Part shown: positions 25,541-41,723 of the stretch, piece after piece
Position numbering within the stretch: position 1 is the stretch's first letter
Layout of the letters: every line of letters starts with the position of its first letter
Source: Blastocystis sp. Blastoise
Taxonomy: Eukaryota; Protista; Bigyra: Opalinata
Direction: 5' to 3'
Length of the DNA stretch: 64,000 nt
Assembly: GCA_039096225.1 (NCBI GenBank)
Contig: JBBPEB010000018.1
Location: 62,001-126,000, forward strand
The notes under the pieces: generated by a model
Told to the model about the DNA's origin: nothing
The model's database searches: none
The model's input: only the letters and a program-made list of their open reading frames with translations
Position numbers and translations under genes: made by a program

Positions 25541-28500
25541 ATGAAAACAAATAAAGACATTTTTTTTAAATGTGTATTCATGATATTAGACAATCGAATA
25601 GAACGAATTCTAGAACTTCTGAAATGTAAACATACCCTATTATCGTATTCTATAATATTCAGATGATTCTATGACAGTTCGACAGGATGTGATTCATGAT
25701 CTATTTGAAATTATTCAAAATGATACTAAATTATTTTATGAAACAATGATAGAGGTATGATACGTAAATAGAAATAAGTATATTTGTAGATTATTTCAAA
25801 TAATCTTTTTTCTGAAGATTGGAACACACGTATTGGAGCTTCAGAGACCATAGAATATGTTTTAAAGCAAAACAAAAGCAAGCATGAAGCTTCTATTCTA
25901 TGTATAATCATTCATTATGCTGAAAAGTCATAAATATGCATTGTCTTACTATATAGTATCTGCGATGGATGAAAAACATATAGATGTATCCGAAGACGAT
26001 ATCTTTGATAAAATTCATGAATTAGGAAGTGGATCTACATTTGTATTTTTTGTTTTATAATGACTTTTTATTCTTTACTGTAGGAAACAAATACTATGAA
26101 TCAATTTCAAAATATAAAAAATGCAATAAAAGAAGTTATAGTAAAAGATGAAGATGAATTATCGGAAAGTGATTCCGATTCTAAAGAAAATATATATACA
26201 AAATATAAGCATTTTGAAGATAATCAAATAAAAGATGGAATTAAAATGACTAGTAAAATATATATGTTTATATTAAACATATAATAATATATATAGTGAG
26301 TTTTCCTTCTTTATCAAAACAAGATTTTCAACTTATTATAAATGAACGTATATATAAATATATAAATATATAAATATGTAAATATATAGAGAATTCATTA
26401 CTTAACGAATCAGAATTATCTAATTATATATATTCACTAAGGTATTCTTATATCGTTATATTCAATATAAGTATATATATAGACAACTGTTAGTATTACA
26501 CAATAAAGAAGAATTATTGAATATTAATACGCTTTATATAGTATTAATACAATATCTATTTGATCTCTGTAAGAAAAAGTATTATTATATTCATAGCATG
26601 TAGTTTATATATATAATAGTAATTATAATATTTATTATTATTATTCTTTGAATAGTTTATTTGATGAAATCTGGTATAAGCGACATGGTGCTATTCTTGG
26701 AATAACCGCGATTATAAAGGTATATAAATAGTTTATATATATATGGTAATAATAATAAATATATATTTCTATAGACAACTTTATTAAATCAAAAAGTATA
26801 TATATACATTATTTGATATTCTTCATATTATATCCTTTTAGATTCAATCATTTCTTTCCTCTTTATTCTTTATACTTCTTTATATGGATATATATGTGGA
26901 TTGCTATACTGATAGAATGACAGCTCCTGTAGTACTGCAATTAGCTAGTGTATATATATATAAATATAATAAGTATTATAAGTTATTTTAAATATAATAT
27001 AAATATAATAAATATAATAAATATAATAAATATAATAAATATAATAAATATAATAAATATAATAAATATAATAAATATAATAAATATAATAAATATAATA
27101 AATATAATAAATATAATAAATATAATAAATATAATAAATATAATAAATATAATAAATATAATAAATATAATAAATATAATAAATATAATAAATATAATAA
27201 ATATAATAAATATAATAAATATAATAAATATAATAAATATAATAAATATAATAAATATAATAAATATAATAAATATAATAAATATAATAAATATAATAAA
27301 TATAAATATAATAAATATAATAAATATAATAAATATAATAAATATAATAAATATAAATATAATAAATATAATAAATATATAGGTATTTCCGTTACTCTTT
27401 ACTCCTTCCTCTTCCTCTTTAGATATATATATAAAGAAAATAGTGTCTCTATATAAAAGAAAAACCATACTAAAAATTGATGATAAACAATATTTATTCA
27501 GTTATTTATATAAATACAAAAGTTTACTTGTTCTGTCTTTCTTTATCAATCGATTCTATGTATTTATTATTATTAACAGTGATTCGAATGTTCTATATAT
27601 ACATATATATATAGACTGAATCAATTCCTTCTTTTCTTATGAATATCTACATTGATTCTCTTGTTGTATATATATATATGATTATATATTAGATATAATC
27701 TCAAAACAATTATTATTTTCTTTATTGACTCTTTATTATTATTATATCTATTTCATGTAATATATATATATATAATTAATGCTTTAAATGATAATATTAA
27801 CTATATATCTTATCTGTATATATAGGATCGATGTGATGATGTTCGATCTAGTAGCATTCAAACATTATGTTCTCTCTTTTCTTCATCTCCTTCTCTTCTT
27901 CTTCCCTATCTCCCTATTATTATTCAAAATATATATATATCACTCTATCAGTATAATCCTATATGTACATATATATCTACTTATTTCTCTTTCCTTACGT
28001 ATGTTATGAACTATATTATATCTTCTTCTAATGAATCAACAATAACATCTCAAGACAAGAATACTTCATCTATATACATAAAACCATCATATTCTATTGA
28101 TATACCATATATATATATGAAAGGAAAAGAATTATATATTCTAAATAAAGAAGAAATACAAGAATATATTGTTGCATATTCATCCGCTTTTGTTACTATT
28201 GATGGTATATATATATAATACTAGTATTCTTTATGTATAGAGATTCTACATTGTCTGGATAAGTCTTTATTTCATACGTTATTTACAACACATCCTGAAC
28301 TCTCGAATAACCACGGGAATCAATGTTTATCAAATAATACTCTATTTTCTCCTATTCTATATATATATCCTTTTTTAAAACATAAAGATATTCATATACG
28401 AACTAATACCGTCCAATATATATATACGGTATGCTTCTATAGTATAATTTAGTGTCATTTAGTTTTGTCTAATAATATCAATATATCTAGTATTATAAAT

Positions 28501-29907
28501 ACATTTATTCTCAATACTCAGTATGCTTAAATTCCCGTGAATATCCTGAATTCTTCCCTTCAACATTTTTATTACTTATTTTATCCGTTTTCATGGAAGA
28601 AGAAGAAGGAGAAATATGCATATATTTACATCAATTATTTCTACTTTTTCTTTCTAATTTATATTATAAAGTATCATTATTTATAAAATAAATAATTTTT
28701 TTTATAGTTAGTTTTTAAACTTATTATTTTTAGTCATTTTTTTGTTTCAATAATTATCGATATATAGAGCATTTTAACTCAGCTTTTACGTCTTCTTCCC
28801 TATTTATATACGTATCTTTACTCTTCTTCTTCCCTGTCACCTTTTAATATCTCTACTCCTCTAGGTATATAATATATAATATATAATATATAATATATAA
28901 TATATAATATATAATATATAATATATAATATATAATATATAATATATAATATATAATATATAATATATAATATATAATATATAATATATAATATATAATA
29001 TATAATATATAATATATAATATATAATATATAATATATAATATATAATATATAATATATAATATATAATATATAATATATAATATATAATATATAATAAA
29101 TAATATATATAACATGTTTATCTTTAGATTATCCAAATATTGATGTGATCAAACAGTATATATACATATATTAATAATATAGTATATATATAGGAATATA
29201 TATATGGGAGAAGACAAAGGAGACAAGAAGCGTCTATATATAAGTAATTATATTGGACTGATGTTTTATAAAGGTTATTCTATATATCAAGAAAGAATAG
29301 GTATATATAAATATTATAAACTATATATATATATGTCAATTTTTAGAAAAAGAGATTGATATTATTCTGTCTACATTTCCATTTTTGAATTCCCGTGAAA
29401 ATACCAAAGAATATAGTGTAAATCATAATAATATTCATTGGAATCTTTATATGCTATCTCCTCTGTGTCTTCCTTCACTATATATAAATACATTTATTCA
29501 ATATGGATATACAGATATATATATGACATTATATACTAATAAGGATATAGAAGAGAATAAGAAGAGAATGCCTATAGATATATATAATGAAATATATGCA
29601 TATGTGAATATTGATGATTTTCAGATACAAGTTCTACAATCCTCTATATATATGAAAATAATCGAAACTGTATTTCAATTGTATCAATTTGATTGGTCAA
29701 TTCAGTTGTAGGTCTATTTTATTATTATTATTCGATGTTAAATATTTTTTTTTATTCATTTGATATTATATAGTGTATATTTTGTTTTTTATTATATCTA
29801 TTCTTTATAGATTCAGCCAATTTCAGCTTGACACTGATAATATATATCAATATAATTCATTTATAAAGAAACTAACAACATGCTTTTCTATCTCCAAGAA
29901 ACAAGTA

Positions 29908-29962
<55 letters not shown>

Positions 29963-32900
29963 ACTACATTATCATTGAATAACTTCGTGTCAATAAACCC
30001 GCTAGAAACACTGAATATTCGTAAGAAATTCAAATCTGAACAAGGCATATATATAATAATAATATATATATAATAATAATACATATATAATAATAATATA
30101 TATATAATAATAATATATTTATATATATATATAGATATTATCCATTTTGAAGAACTTCAAATTATGTATGAAGAACTAAAAACTAAATTAATCACTCGAG
30201 AAGTATATATATATAGATTTTTGTTAAAACCTTTATTTATTATTCTTATTATTATATATATCTATCCTTTATTTATAATAGTTAATCATGATTTAAACTA
30301 TATATATAGGAATCTTTTCAATTTATAAAGAAACAATTATTGATACACGTGATGATTTTCTTTTTTGACCAATATATTTATTCAAATTCTCAATATCAAA
30401 TTAATCAAAAATGTATATATTTATATCTGGATTAGACTAAATTCTTCCTTGTATATAGATATTCAGCCATTGTCAGCATTGTTTCAGCAATTATTTGTTT
30501 ATATAAAACAAGCAGATTATTCTTTTTTCGCTGTATATTTCTTATATCTCTTCCATATGTATTCTTATTATAGTATATTATAATGAATATATTTCATTAT
30601 CTTCCAATAACAACTTCTCTTGGAGACAAAATCATTAATAATATATCGTTATATATTTATAAGAATCCAAATCTTTTTTCTAGTATATATAGTATTAAAC
30701 ATATTATAATAAATAAAATATAAACTAATATATATGTTTTATAGTGTCTTCATTTATTTTTTCTGGTCTATTCACACAGTCTTATCATATAATATATCCA
30801 GAAAATTATAGTAATTCATGTATATATATAAGTCTCTGCTTTCCATATATATAATAATAATTATTATTATTTACATATATATATATGTTTATATTATTAA
30901 TAGGTTCGTCTTTATATACATATCCGTCACTTCTTCTTTCTCTTTCTCCTTCTCTTCCTATTCATATAAACAATATATATATAACAAATGGAATAACTAC
31001 TATATATAATCGTATTCTTCTCTCTCTTGAATGTACTACCAATGGTATATTTATATATTCTTTTTTCACAGAATATATACTTATATATTCATAACTTTAA
31101 TTTTTGAAACAAATGATACATATATAACCATATATATATATATATATATTTATTAAAATAGCATATTAAAATATATAGCCATTGATACTTATAATTTCAT
31201 ATACATATATAATATTTATCTATAGAGAACATAGATACTAATCTATATATAACTACATATATTCTACCTATTCTTCTTTCTTCCTCTTCTTATCAATATA
31301 TCTCTTCTATTCTCTTTAAATTAATCACTATATATACATCTTTACCCTGTATATCATTCTCAACATCACATCTACAATTATATATATATCTCTTTCAATA
31401 TCAATCCATATATTCATGGCTTCTTCCTTGTTTATTATATCCATTATGCTATCAACCTCTTTCGGATTATATTTATTACATATTTCGAGAAGAATATTAT
31501 TTAATGATGACGGACCATACGTCATCATCTGTTACAGCCAATGAAATCTCTATTCCTCAGAAGAAATCGTTATCTCTTTCTTATTCTATATATATAAATA
31601 ATATATGTAATCTCTTATCACTATTATATAAACATATCTCTCTACTTCTTGTCCCCTATATCTATTATCTCTCCTTCTCTTTATTACCGTTACTTCATCT
31701 CCAAGAAAATCAACATATTTCAGAGTATTCTTTTTACTTTCTTTATATATATAGTATTGTATACATATATTTATCTAATGCTTTATATTTATTTAGATTT
31801 TTTGCAAAAATACTTTATATATATCCATCACAAACTATTTCTATATCTCAGAGACTGCTTCTTAATAATATACAGATAGAAGGAGAAACATACTGTGTTT
31901 CAGAGATCCCTCAACTTCTTAACGTACAAAAGAAAACCATTCAAAGTCAATTGGATGCATTTTATAACAAAGGTATATATATATTCATTATATTTTCTAT
32001 TTGAATAAGAAAAGTAGTACAAGTCTTTTTATTTTGTTTTTATATGTAGAAAAATGTACTGATTTCCCGCCATTATTTGATATGATTGGGCAATTAAGAG
32101 AGTAATTATTTTCTTTAATATAATATAATATAATATAATATAATATAATATAATATAATATAATACAATATAATATAATACAATAAAATATAATATAATA
32201 TAATATAATATAATATAATATAATATAATATAATATAATATAATATAATATAATATAATATAATATAATATAATATAATATAATATAATATAATATAATA
32301 TAATATAATATAATATAATATAATATAATATAATATAATATAATATAATATAATATAATATAATATAATATAATATAATATAATATAATATAATATAATA
32401 TAATATAATATAATATAATATAATATAATATAATATAATATAATATAATATAATATAATATAATATAATATAATATAATATAATATAATATAATATAATA
32501 TAATATAATATAATATAATACAATATAATATAATACAATATAATATAATACAATATAATATAATATACTATAATATATATCATAAGACTGTTTTAAATAG
32601 TTACCAGCATAAAGGTGTTCAGTGGCTTCTTTCTCTATATCTTTATTCGTATAATGGAATATTAGCAGATGAAATGGGACTTGGAAAAACATTAACTACT
32701 ATATATACTATTATATATACTACTATTTTACGTTATAAGTATATGACACATCCAACGTCACTTCCTGCTTCCTTTCTTTCTTATATCTCTATATCTCCTA
32801 CAATTTCCCTTCCATCTCTATCTCTATCTCTTTCTATTTCTCTTCTTATTACTCCATCTTCTTTATTATATCATTGGAAATCAGAAATAGAACGATTTAT

Positions 32901-33413
32901 TCCATCACAATATACTCATATATTCATGTATATATTCATGTATATATTTTTAATCATATTACTATTAGTTGTTCTGGGACTATCGCAAAACGTCATAATA
33001 TCTATCAGGAAGTATCAGCTTTTCTTTCTTCTTCTTCTTCTACCACTCCTATGTGTGTATTCATTATTATTGGCTATAATTTGTTTGTTAAAGATAAAGA
33101 ATATTTATTGTCAAATAATTATGATTATCTTATATTAGATGAAGGTATATATTACATATTATTCATTAATCTAAACTCTTTATACATTCAACAAATTAAT
33201 GTATTTTTTAATTAATTATTTTTTTGTTATTATATATTATCTATAGCACATCATGTGACAAATCCATCGTCAGTACTCTATACATCATTATCCCTCATTC
33301 AAGCGAAACATAAATTATTCTTAACTGGAACACCAATTCAAGTATATATTTAATTGTTTTTTATCCTTAAACTGTTAAAACTAGATATATTATTATTCAA
33401 GCATTTTTCTTTG

Positions 33414-33465
<52 letters not shown>

Positions 33466-35529
33466 TACATAGATGATATATGGGTTCTATTTTCTCTTCT
33501 TCTTCCTTCCTATTTATCTTCTTATAATAATTTTTATAATAAATATACAAAACCTATATATACAGCATTCAAAACAAATAAAAATAAATCAAAATGTATT
33601 TATATATTTTGTTATACAATATCTGTATTTATTTTTTTTTCATTTATATAGCATGCTATTTATTAGAAGATTTGAATAAACGAATTTCTCCATTTATTTA
33701 TCGAAGAACAAGATATCAAGTGAAGTTAGAGATTCCCGCGGAAATTGAACAAATATACATTTGTCCATCAACATCTATTCAACAAAAATTGTATATTTAT
33801 GATTATATATGTTATTATTAATATAAATATGATAACAACTGCTTATATAGAAATGATATTATTGAGAACAATTCAAATTTTATGTTTCTTTCTTCACCAT
33901 CAATAAGTGAAGAGAATAATATGATTATTTCTAAAGATTCTCTTTCTTCTTCTCCTTCTCTTCCTAAAGAGAAAAATGCATTATATAAGCATCAGTTACT
34001 TCTTTCTCTCTCTACTCATCCTCTGCTTCTACCCGATTCTTTATTAAATTCATTAACTAAACAAGAGAATAAAACATTATATACATATGAATCAAGCGGG
34101 AAATTCTTATTTTTATATCAATTTATAGAGACTATATTTACTAAAGATGAAAATTCTTTAGTATTAAATAATGAAGATATAGAATGGAATACTATTAAAA
34201 CACAGGATAAGCAGGATATTATATATGAAGAATCAATAAATACTGCTAAAGAAACAATACAAAGAACACAAAGAAACTCGATAAATTTATTGAATAATAA
34301 TCAGAATGATAATACTTTTTCAAAGATAGTTCAAGAAAAGTTGAATGATTGTGGAACCTCTTTGAATCTCCCGCCAAAAATGGTGATATTCTGTCAGCGA
34401 AAAGATACTATAACATTGATTGAATCATTAATTATGAAGGAACTGCCTTCTATTCGTTATCTATCTGTTACTAGTATATATATATATATTATAAGAATCT
34501 ATTTATAGTATATATTATTCTATTTATAATTTATTAGATACATTAAGTCAATTGGAACAACATAAACGAATTGATGATTTCAACGCTTATAAACCTTTTT
34601 CAGAAGATATTAATATCTTATTAATAACTACGGGGATTGGTGGTGAAGGAATTTGCTTAAATCATGCTAATATATTAGTATTTATAGAACATGATATTAA
34701 TCCATTTAAAGATATACAGGTATATATATATTTTTTTTATAATTCTTAATATATTGACTATTTTATTATTCTTAATATATTGACTCTTTTGTTATTTTTA
34801 TATTCTTAATGTTCGTATTCCCATATTTATTTCTTCTTGATATACTAAATAATATACTTATATATCTTTTTTCTTCTTCTTCTTAGGCTGAAAGTCGAGC
34901 TTTACGAATTGGACAAACTCGTTCAGTTTCTATATATAAACTAGTTTCCGATCTTCAAAAAGAACAAGATTTAATCAAATTACAACATTATAAAAAAGAG
35001 ATTACAGATTCTTTATATAAAACAATAAATAATAATGGAAGTAATATTATTTCATATATGAAAGATAGTTATACAATAGATCAATCATCACTAAATCGTA
35101 TATATTATTAGTTACTATTTAATATATTTATTTTAATAATTATAATCATTAATATGTTATACTATAATATATATATATATAGTTCTAGATAAAGATGATC
35201 AATATCAATCTTATTATACTTCTCTTTATTCTTCATTACCACAACTAGAAACATCAATTGATAAATTAATAAAATCAGAAAAACGTGCTATTTCTGAAGA
35301 TCAGATTCGTTCCTTAATTGCTAGAAATACTATCGATATAGATAATGAATCAATTAAAAAATATAAAAAGACAAAAGTAGAGGATACTGATGAAGAGAAG
35401 AAAATAACTAGATCTGTTGAAATGACTGATAATACATCTATATCAGAATTAAAAAAGGATCAAGATATCTCCAAAGGCTTTGAACTTTTTTCTGATAGTG
35501 ATAACTCTGAGTCTGACCATAGTTATTAA
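25541..35529 (+). CDS. BTAF1: MOT1/BTAF1 TBP-associated SNF2-family ATPase, many exons (start ATG 25541 or 25580)
   Basis: N-terminal HEAT-region motifs ([38 protein letters not shown]), SNF2 motifs [28 protein letters not shown] and LTGTPIQN, and helicase-C [23 protein letters not shown]. The junctions I checked keep frame; not all were checked. Confidence 0.85.
26993..27377 (+). repeat. (AAATATAAT)n 9-mer array in a BTAF1 intron
   Basis: Direct reading; source of the spurious IIN/IIF ORFs. Confidence 0.95.
28865..29096 (+). repeat. (ATATAAT)n 7-mer array in a BTAF1 intron
   Basis: Direct reading; begins at the GT donor. Confidence 0.95.
32117..32575 (+). repeat. (TAATA)n 5-mer array in a BTAF1 intron
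   Basis: Direct reading; the intron splits LRD|YQ just before the SNF2 domain. Confidence 0.95.
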
Positions 35530-36016
35530 TAAGTTTATTATATTATATGTTGTGTTTCGTTTCTATTTGAATGAGAAATAATGTATATGTTTTAGAAACA
35601 AAATATATGTGTATTAAAGTAGTTATAACAAATAAAAAGATTTTTTAATTTATATCTGTAACAGTTATCTTTCAGTTATTTGATAGCTGTGATCAAACCA
35701 TACAAGTATATAAATGATAAAAATAAATATCAATAAATAGATTCAAAAAAAATATTCAAGTATAACTATATATCAGACATTTGATAAAAAAAGAAATGAA
35801 GTGAATAATTATTTAAAACATTATATTGCTGCATACGAGAGATGTAGAAATAATAATCAAATGAGTCTATATATATATACATATTCAATAAATTCTATGA
35901 TAATAAAGAAATATACATGGTATATGGCATTCTAAATAATGTAATAAGGGTAATCTCCTATTGAATATACTGTTAATAATACTATCAAAAGATGGCTGGT
36001 CATAATCATTGATATC

Positions 36017-36356
<340 letters not shown>

Positions 36357-36399
36357 CATAAATATAGACTTATAGTGAATATTTATATATACTCTAATT

Positions 36400-36717
36400 G
36401 AGGATGGTTTTCATGATATGCTATAGATGAATTATATTAAATATATACATTATTCGTTAAAATAATATATATACTATTATTATTATAATAACAAAAGCTA
36501 ATATTTTTAAACGATTCTTTTCCACCATAACGCCACTTTTTGAGATTCAAATTATGTCATATTCACGTTTTATATACTCATGTTTATACTGACCTATATT
36601 TATGCATTATATTATTGTCGAGAACAATAATTATGGCAATAAAAATAATAATTAATGCAATCTATATATATACCATTTACATAATTGGATACTTGACAAA
36701 ATTTAACTATAAATATT

Positions 36718-36749
<32 letters not shown>

Positions 36750-37452
36750 CGTAATGTATATCGAATCATATTTGGGAATAGAGCATGAATTATTGATGGA
36801 TATATATAATCCAAGGGAATGCAATCATTATCAAAAAATTCTAAAACTGTATATTGAATATGAAATACTCTAAAAAGTGATGACATTGATAATAATTCTT
36901 TTTGAATGGATTCCGTTAATATTCCATGAATAACAAGGGTATTTTTAGTTCGTTTCATCATATTCAAAACTGGATATCTGCAGTTATCGATCCTATTCAT
37001 ATACTTAATTTTAATATGAGAATATGATTTATTCCAACTATATAATTGTTCTTCAAGGTAATAATTAAATTCTTGAATCAATTCAGATGCCTCATTTTGA
37101 AAATATTTATCCAATGTCTCATATACATCACAAGCTTCCTTAATTGTTAAAGCAGAATCTATGATTCTTTTCTTCATTAAAAATAATATGGCGTTCTTCA
37201 TAGGATATGATGGGTAATCTATGTAATATTCATTGATTTCGTCTTCAACGGATAGTTGATAAATCTTATATAAAAAAGAATCTGGAAATTGAATAATAAA
37301 TTTCTCAGGTATCTCAAATTTCACCTCATCTTGAAAAACATAGGATACCATGTATTCGTGTATGTATAATAATAAGTAAATAGATTCATAGAAACAAATA
37401 TGGAAATACTCATTTCATTCTTTTCTAATATTTCTTCTACAACTTTTGGCAT
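36400..37452 (-). pseudogene. Probable pseudogene of a lineage-specific family (N-terminal BTB/POZ-like segment)
   Basis: Long exon YVFQDEVKFEIPEKFIIQFPDSFLY...CIPLDYIYPSIIHALFPN. Intron 1 ends in AC rather than AG, and the downstream exon has several stops. BTB likeness is by eye only. Confidence 0.55.
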
Positions 37453-38015
37453 CTTCTTGTGAACAGTGATAATAAAATAAAAATACACTAGAATTTCATG
37501 TAATGTCAAAAATAAAGATAGAAACAGATTTTTTTTGTGAAGCAAGTTTCATTCTTTTTTAGTGTTTTTTTTGTGAAAGAAAGATGATAAAGTCATATGA
37601 TTCACATCATAATGAATCCAAGTCAGGCAGATATAATAAGCTATGAATATAATTATGAATAAGTCTTAAGTGAATACTAATTATGCAATATAGTATTTAA
37701 TTATGTCTTAATATTGTGGTGTACGTGTAATACACTTATGGAGTTAAATAATTGAAATATCTTGATGATTTAAAAATTATATATACTGCATTGATAGAAT
37801 TTATTATGAAATAGAATGAATTATATTATGTTATATGGCACGTGATATGCGAATTAGTTAATGATTGATTATTAATTCGTAATTAAAAAATTTAGTCTGT
37901 GGTATTGAAATGATAGAACAAAAATGTTAAGAAACGACTGAAAATATATAACTTAACAAGAATATATGAAAAAAAATGTAAAATAAAATGAAAATAAAAA
38001 AATTTGTAAGAAATC

Positions 38016-39824
38016 TTAATTAATATTTGTCATTTTAATAACATAGAACTCTTGGCAAGGAATTTGTCTTATGTTAAGACTAGGAAGAGTAATAATAATA
38101 TTTTCTCCATCTAAATAATAATAATAATAATAATAATAGAAATCATTAACAATAAAATATATATACCTTGTTTATATTCAACAGGTTTATCAGATCCCAT
38201 TAAAGACATTTTTGTATTTTCAGTGAGTTGAGGAGAAGAAAGAGTAACAGTATTATCAATAGGCCATTCAGTAAGAATAGCATAAATAGCATTTAAATCC
38301 TTACGTTCTGTGAAATATACTTTCTTATCTTCCTCTTGAACTCTCCAAGGTACACTCTTATATATAGCTTCACCATTAACTTTCATCCAATCACCAAGTT
38401 GTATTAAACGTTCTTGCATTAATGGCATTATACGACCATCAGCAGTAGGACTAACATTTAATAACTATAATTATATTAATAAAAAATATATAACATATTA
38501 TTTTTCATTGATATATGATAATTAAAAAAATATGAATAATAATCATTTTATATATACCATATTACCACCATAAGCAACAGTAGGAATAAACTTAAGCAAT
38601 AACTCTTTAAGTGAAAAATATTTATTAGTATAAAAATCTTCTCTTCTATCATACCCCCAAGCCCAGCTATCCTTTTGAATAGTCATAGCATTCTCCCATT
38701 TATGGGGTAATAAATGACCAGGCTCAAAACGATCTGGACCACTGTAATAACCACCATGTTTTTGAGAACAATCAGAACCCCAACGGTCATTTACAACGAC
38801 TGTATCTTTTACAGGAGATTCATTATATCTATATATAGAATTATTATCAATTTATATTAACATAATAATAGAAACCACATATTTATAAAGAAAAAATATA
38901 TATGTAATATAAAATAGATATAATCAACAATAAAAAAAAAAACATACAGCCAAGCTAAAAATTCAGGTGATTTCCAATATGATGAGTCAACTCTTCCATC
39001 TCCATCAACCCAAAGTAATTCAGGTTTATAAGTATTAACTAATTCTTTAAACATTGGTAGATAATGATTATTAACATATTCTTGAGTTTTATAACCATTC
39101 TTTTTATCTTCCAAATATATAGGATTATACCATTCAAATAAACTATGATAAGCGCCAAAAGTCATATTATGTTTACGAACAGCAGTAGCTAATTCTCCAA
39201 CTAAATCTCTATGAGGATTTAAATCTTTTGAATTCCAATTCCAAGCATATTTTGTAGGAAAAAGACTAAATCCATCATGATGTTTAGAAGTTAAAACAAC
39301 ATATTTAGCACCTTTATATATATAATAATAATAATTTTTTTTTGAAATTATAATATATAATAATGAGTAAGAGAAACATAATAATAATAAAAGTTAATAT
39401 GTAAAGTAATAATTTGATACCTGATTTTTCAAAAACTTCAGCCCAACGTTCAGGATCATACATTTCAGCTTTGAAATCCTTTACAAAATCTTGATATTTA
39501 AAGTCATGGCCAAAGGTCTTATTATGAAACTCATTGATATCTTTATCTCCTTCAGTCAGCCATATCCTATATATATAACAAAGAAATAATAGAAAAAATA
39601 TTAACAATTGTTAAAAGAAATTGACATTATGAAATAAAAATGATATAATTATCATACCAGTACCACTCACTTTTGAATGCAGGAACAGAATACACACCCC
39701 AATGAATAAAAATACCTAATTTAGCTTCGTCAAACCAATTTGGAAGAGGACGACTATCCACAGATTCCCAACTGGGATCATATGCAAGAACTAATACAAT
39801 AAACAATAAAAACAAAAACTTCAT
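38016..39824 (-). CDS. FUCA: Alpha-L-fucosidase (GH29) with signal peptide, 6 exons
   Basis: [59 protein letters not shown] (nucleophile region), [32 protein letters not shown]. Hydrophobic N-terminus [14 protein letters not shown]. Confidence 0.95.
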
Positions 39825-40905
39825 GAACTTATTTTAGATTAATATTCTTATGAAATCATTGACAAAAAGAATAATACTATTTTTATATTGTTCAAAATAG
39901 AGAAAAAGTGGAAAGTCTGAATATCATTGGCATTTTCTTAATCAATATAGGGCTATAGTTTGTTTTATATACCCTAAGTTTCCTCATAATCCATAATTAT
40001 TTCTTAAATAACTTCTGATTTTGGACCCTATCTAATTATATTTTGAGTTAGTTGTTTTAATATAATTAAATACAATAATTCATTGAAAATGTTCATTGAT
40101 TTATTCTCTCACATATTCTTTGATATAATTCGTAATTGAAAAAACTAAATTATTATTCATTGGGTTTGGCATGTATTCTAGTTATAATAATGCCTTTTTA
40201 ATTGGTAAATTCTAAATGTGCCATATTTTGTTTTTCATAAGAAAATTAACTTTTGTTTTTGATTTATAATAATATATAAGAAACAACTAATTTCATTCAT
40301 GCATTGATATAACATATGCATGAAAATTTATGAAAACTAATCATGATTATCCTTGTAAATAATTATATTTTTTATTAAAAAACATTCAGAAACTGATCAT
40401 CATGAACTACAACGCATTTTAATAACATTAAAAGAAATATTTCTACTGGAAATGTTCGTTAATTTGCAAAAGTCTTTTCATTTCTCAATCTAAAGAATTG
40501 CAATATATAGATAATTACACTGATACTAATTCTATATATAAAAAATCAAGGATAAATGAAATTAAGAATAATCAAAATACAACAAAAAGGTTTATAATGT
40601 CTTTCAATGCTATAATTGATATATTTTAATTTGCTCTATTTATTTTACACCCTTTAAATCATAAATTAGAGAGTATTTTTATAATTAAAATAACGATTTC
40701 TTTTTTTTATATAATTTCTCTGAAAGACAATCAGTCGTTTTCAGTATCATAATCAATAGGTTCAAATTAATTTTTTCATTAAACATCTATCTATAACCGT
40801 GATTATTGCGAAGCCATTTTTCTGATATTTCTGAATTTTTCAACAATTTTTTTTAATAATCTGTTTAATACTATCTATTGAAAAGATAACTCAATTATTA
40901 CAATC

Positions 40906-41668
40906 ATGGTATATCATAACTTCACGTACGTCTTATGTATTTAGTTACCTTTATCTTTACTTCGTGCTGCTCAAAACAAAGATGTTGTATGTGGTTTTAT
41001 TTTATATTATCATTATATAAATATAGTTGATTGAATTAAAAAATGGTGAAACCTATAATGGTAAATTATCTAATTGTGATTCTTGGATGAATGTCACTTT
41101 AAATCAAGCCATTTACACATCAAAAGTATTTATTTGCTATTTTTAGATGTTTGTCTCATGTCTAAATTTATTTTTATGAATCGATATTAATAAAGGATGG
41201 TTCTCGTTTCTTTGAAATTTCTGAATGCTATCTTCGTGGTAATACAATCAAATATTTACGTGTCTCAGAAGATGTATATGAAGATTTAATAAAATATATA
41301 TATTAATAATGATAATTTGGATAACGAAATTAAATATATATATATTTTTTATAGGTTATTAATAGTGTATCAGAAGAAGAATCTAATTCAAGTATATATT
41401 ATATTTATATAATATTTATATAGAATATATATATATATATATATATAATAAATATATAATATACAAAATAAATTATTTAGAATATAACAAACCTCAGTCT
41501 TCTTTCCGTCGCCCTACCTTTAGAGGTGGTCGTGGTGGTCGTGGTGGTCGTGGTGGTGCTCCTGGAAATCGTGGAGGAAGAGGAGGTATGCCTAATAGAG
41601 GAGGTCGAGGTGGCTCTAAACAGTATGTTCCTCGTGGAGGTCGTGGAGGATCCACAACACAAAATTAA
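40906..41668 (+). CDS. LSM4: U6 snRNA-associated Sm-like protein LSm4, 6 exons
   Basis: Spliced M|[14 protein letters not shown]|[25 protein letters not shown]...[14 protein letters not shown], with a C-terminal RGG tail. Not represented in the ORF track. Confidence 0.95.
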
Positions 41669-41672
41669 TGTA

Positions 41673-41723
<51 letters not shown>

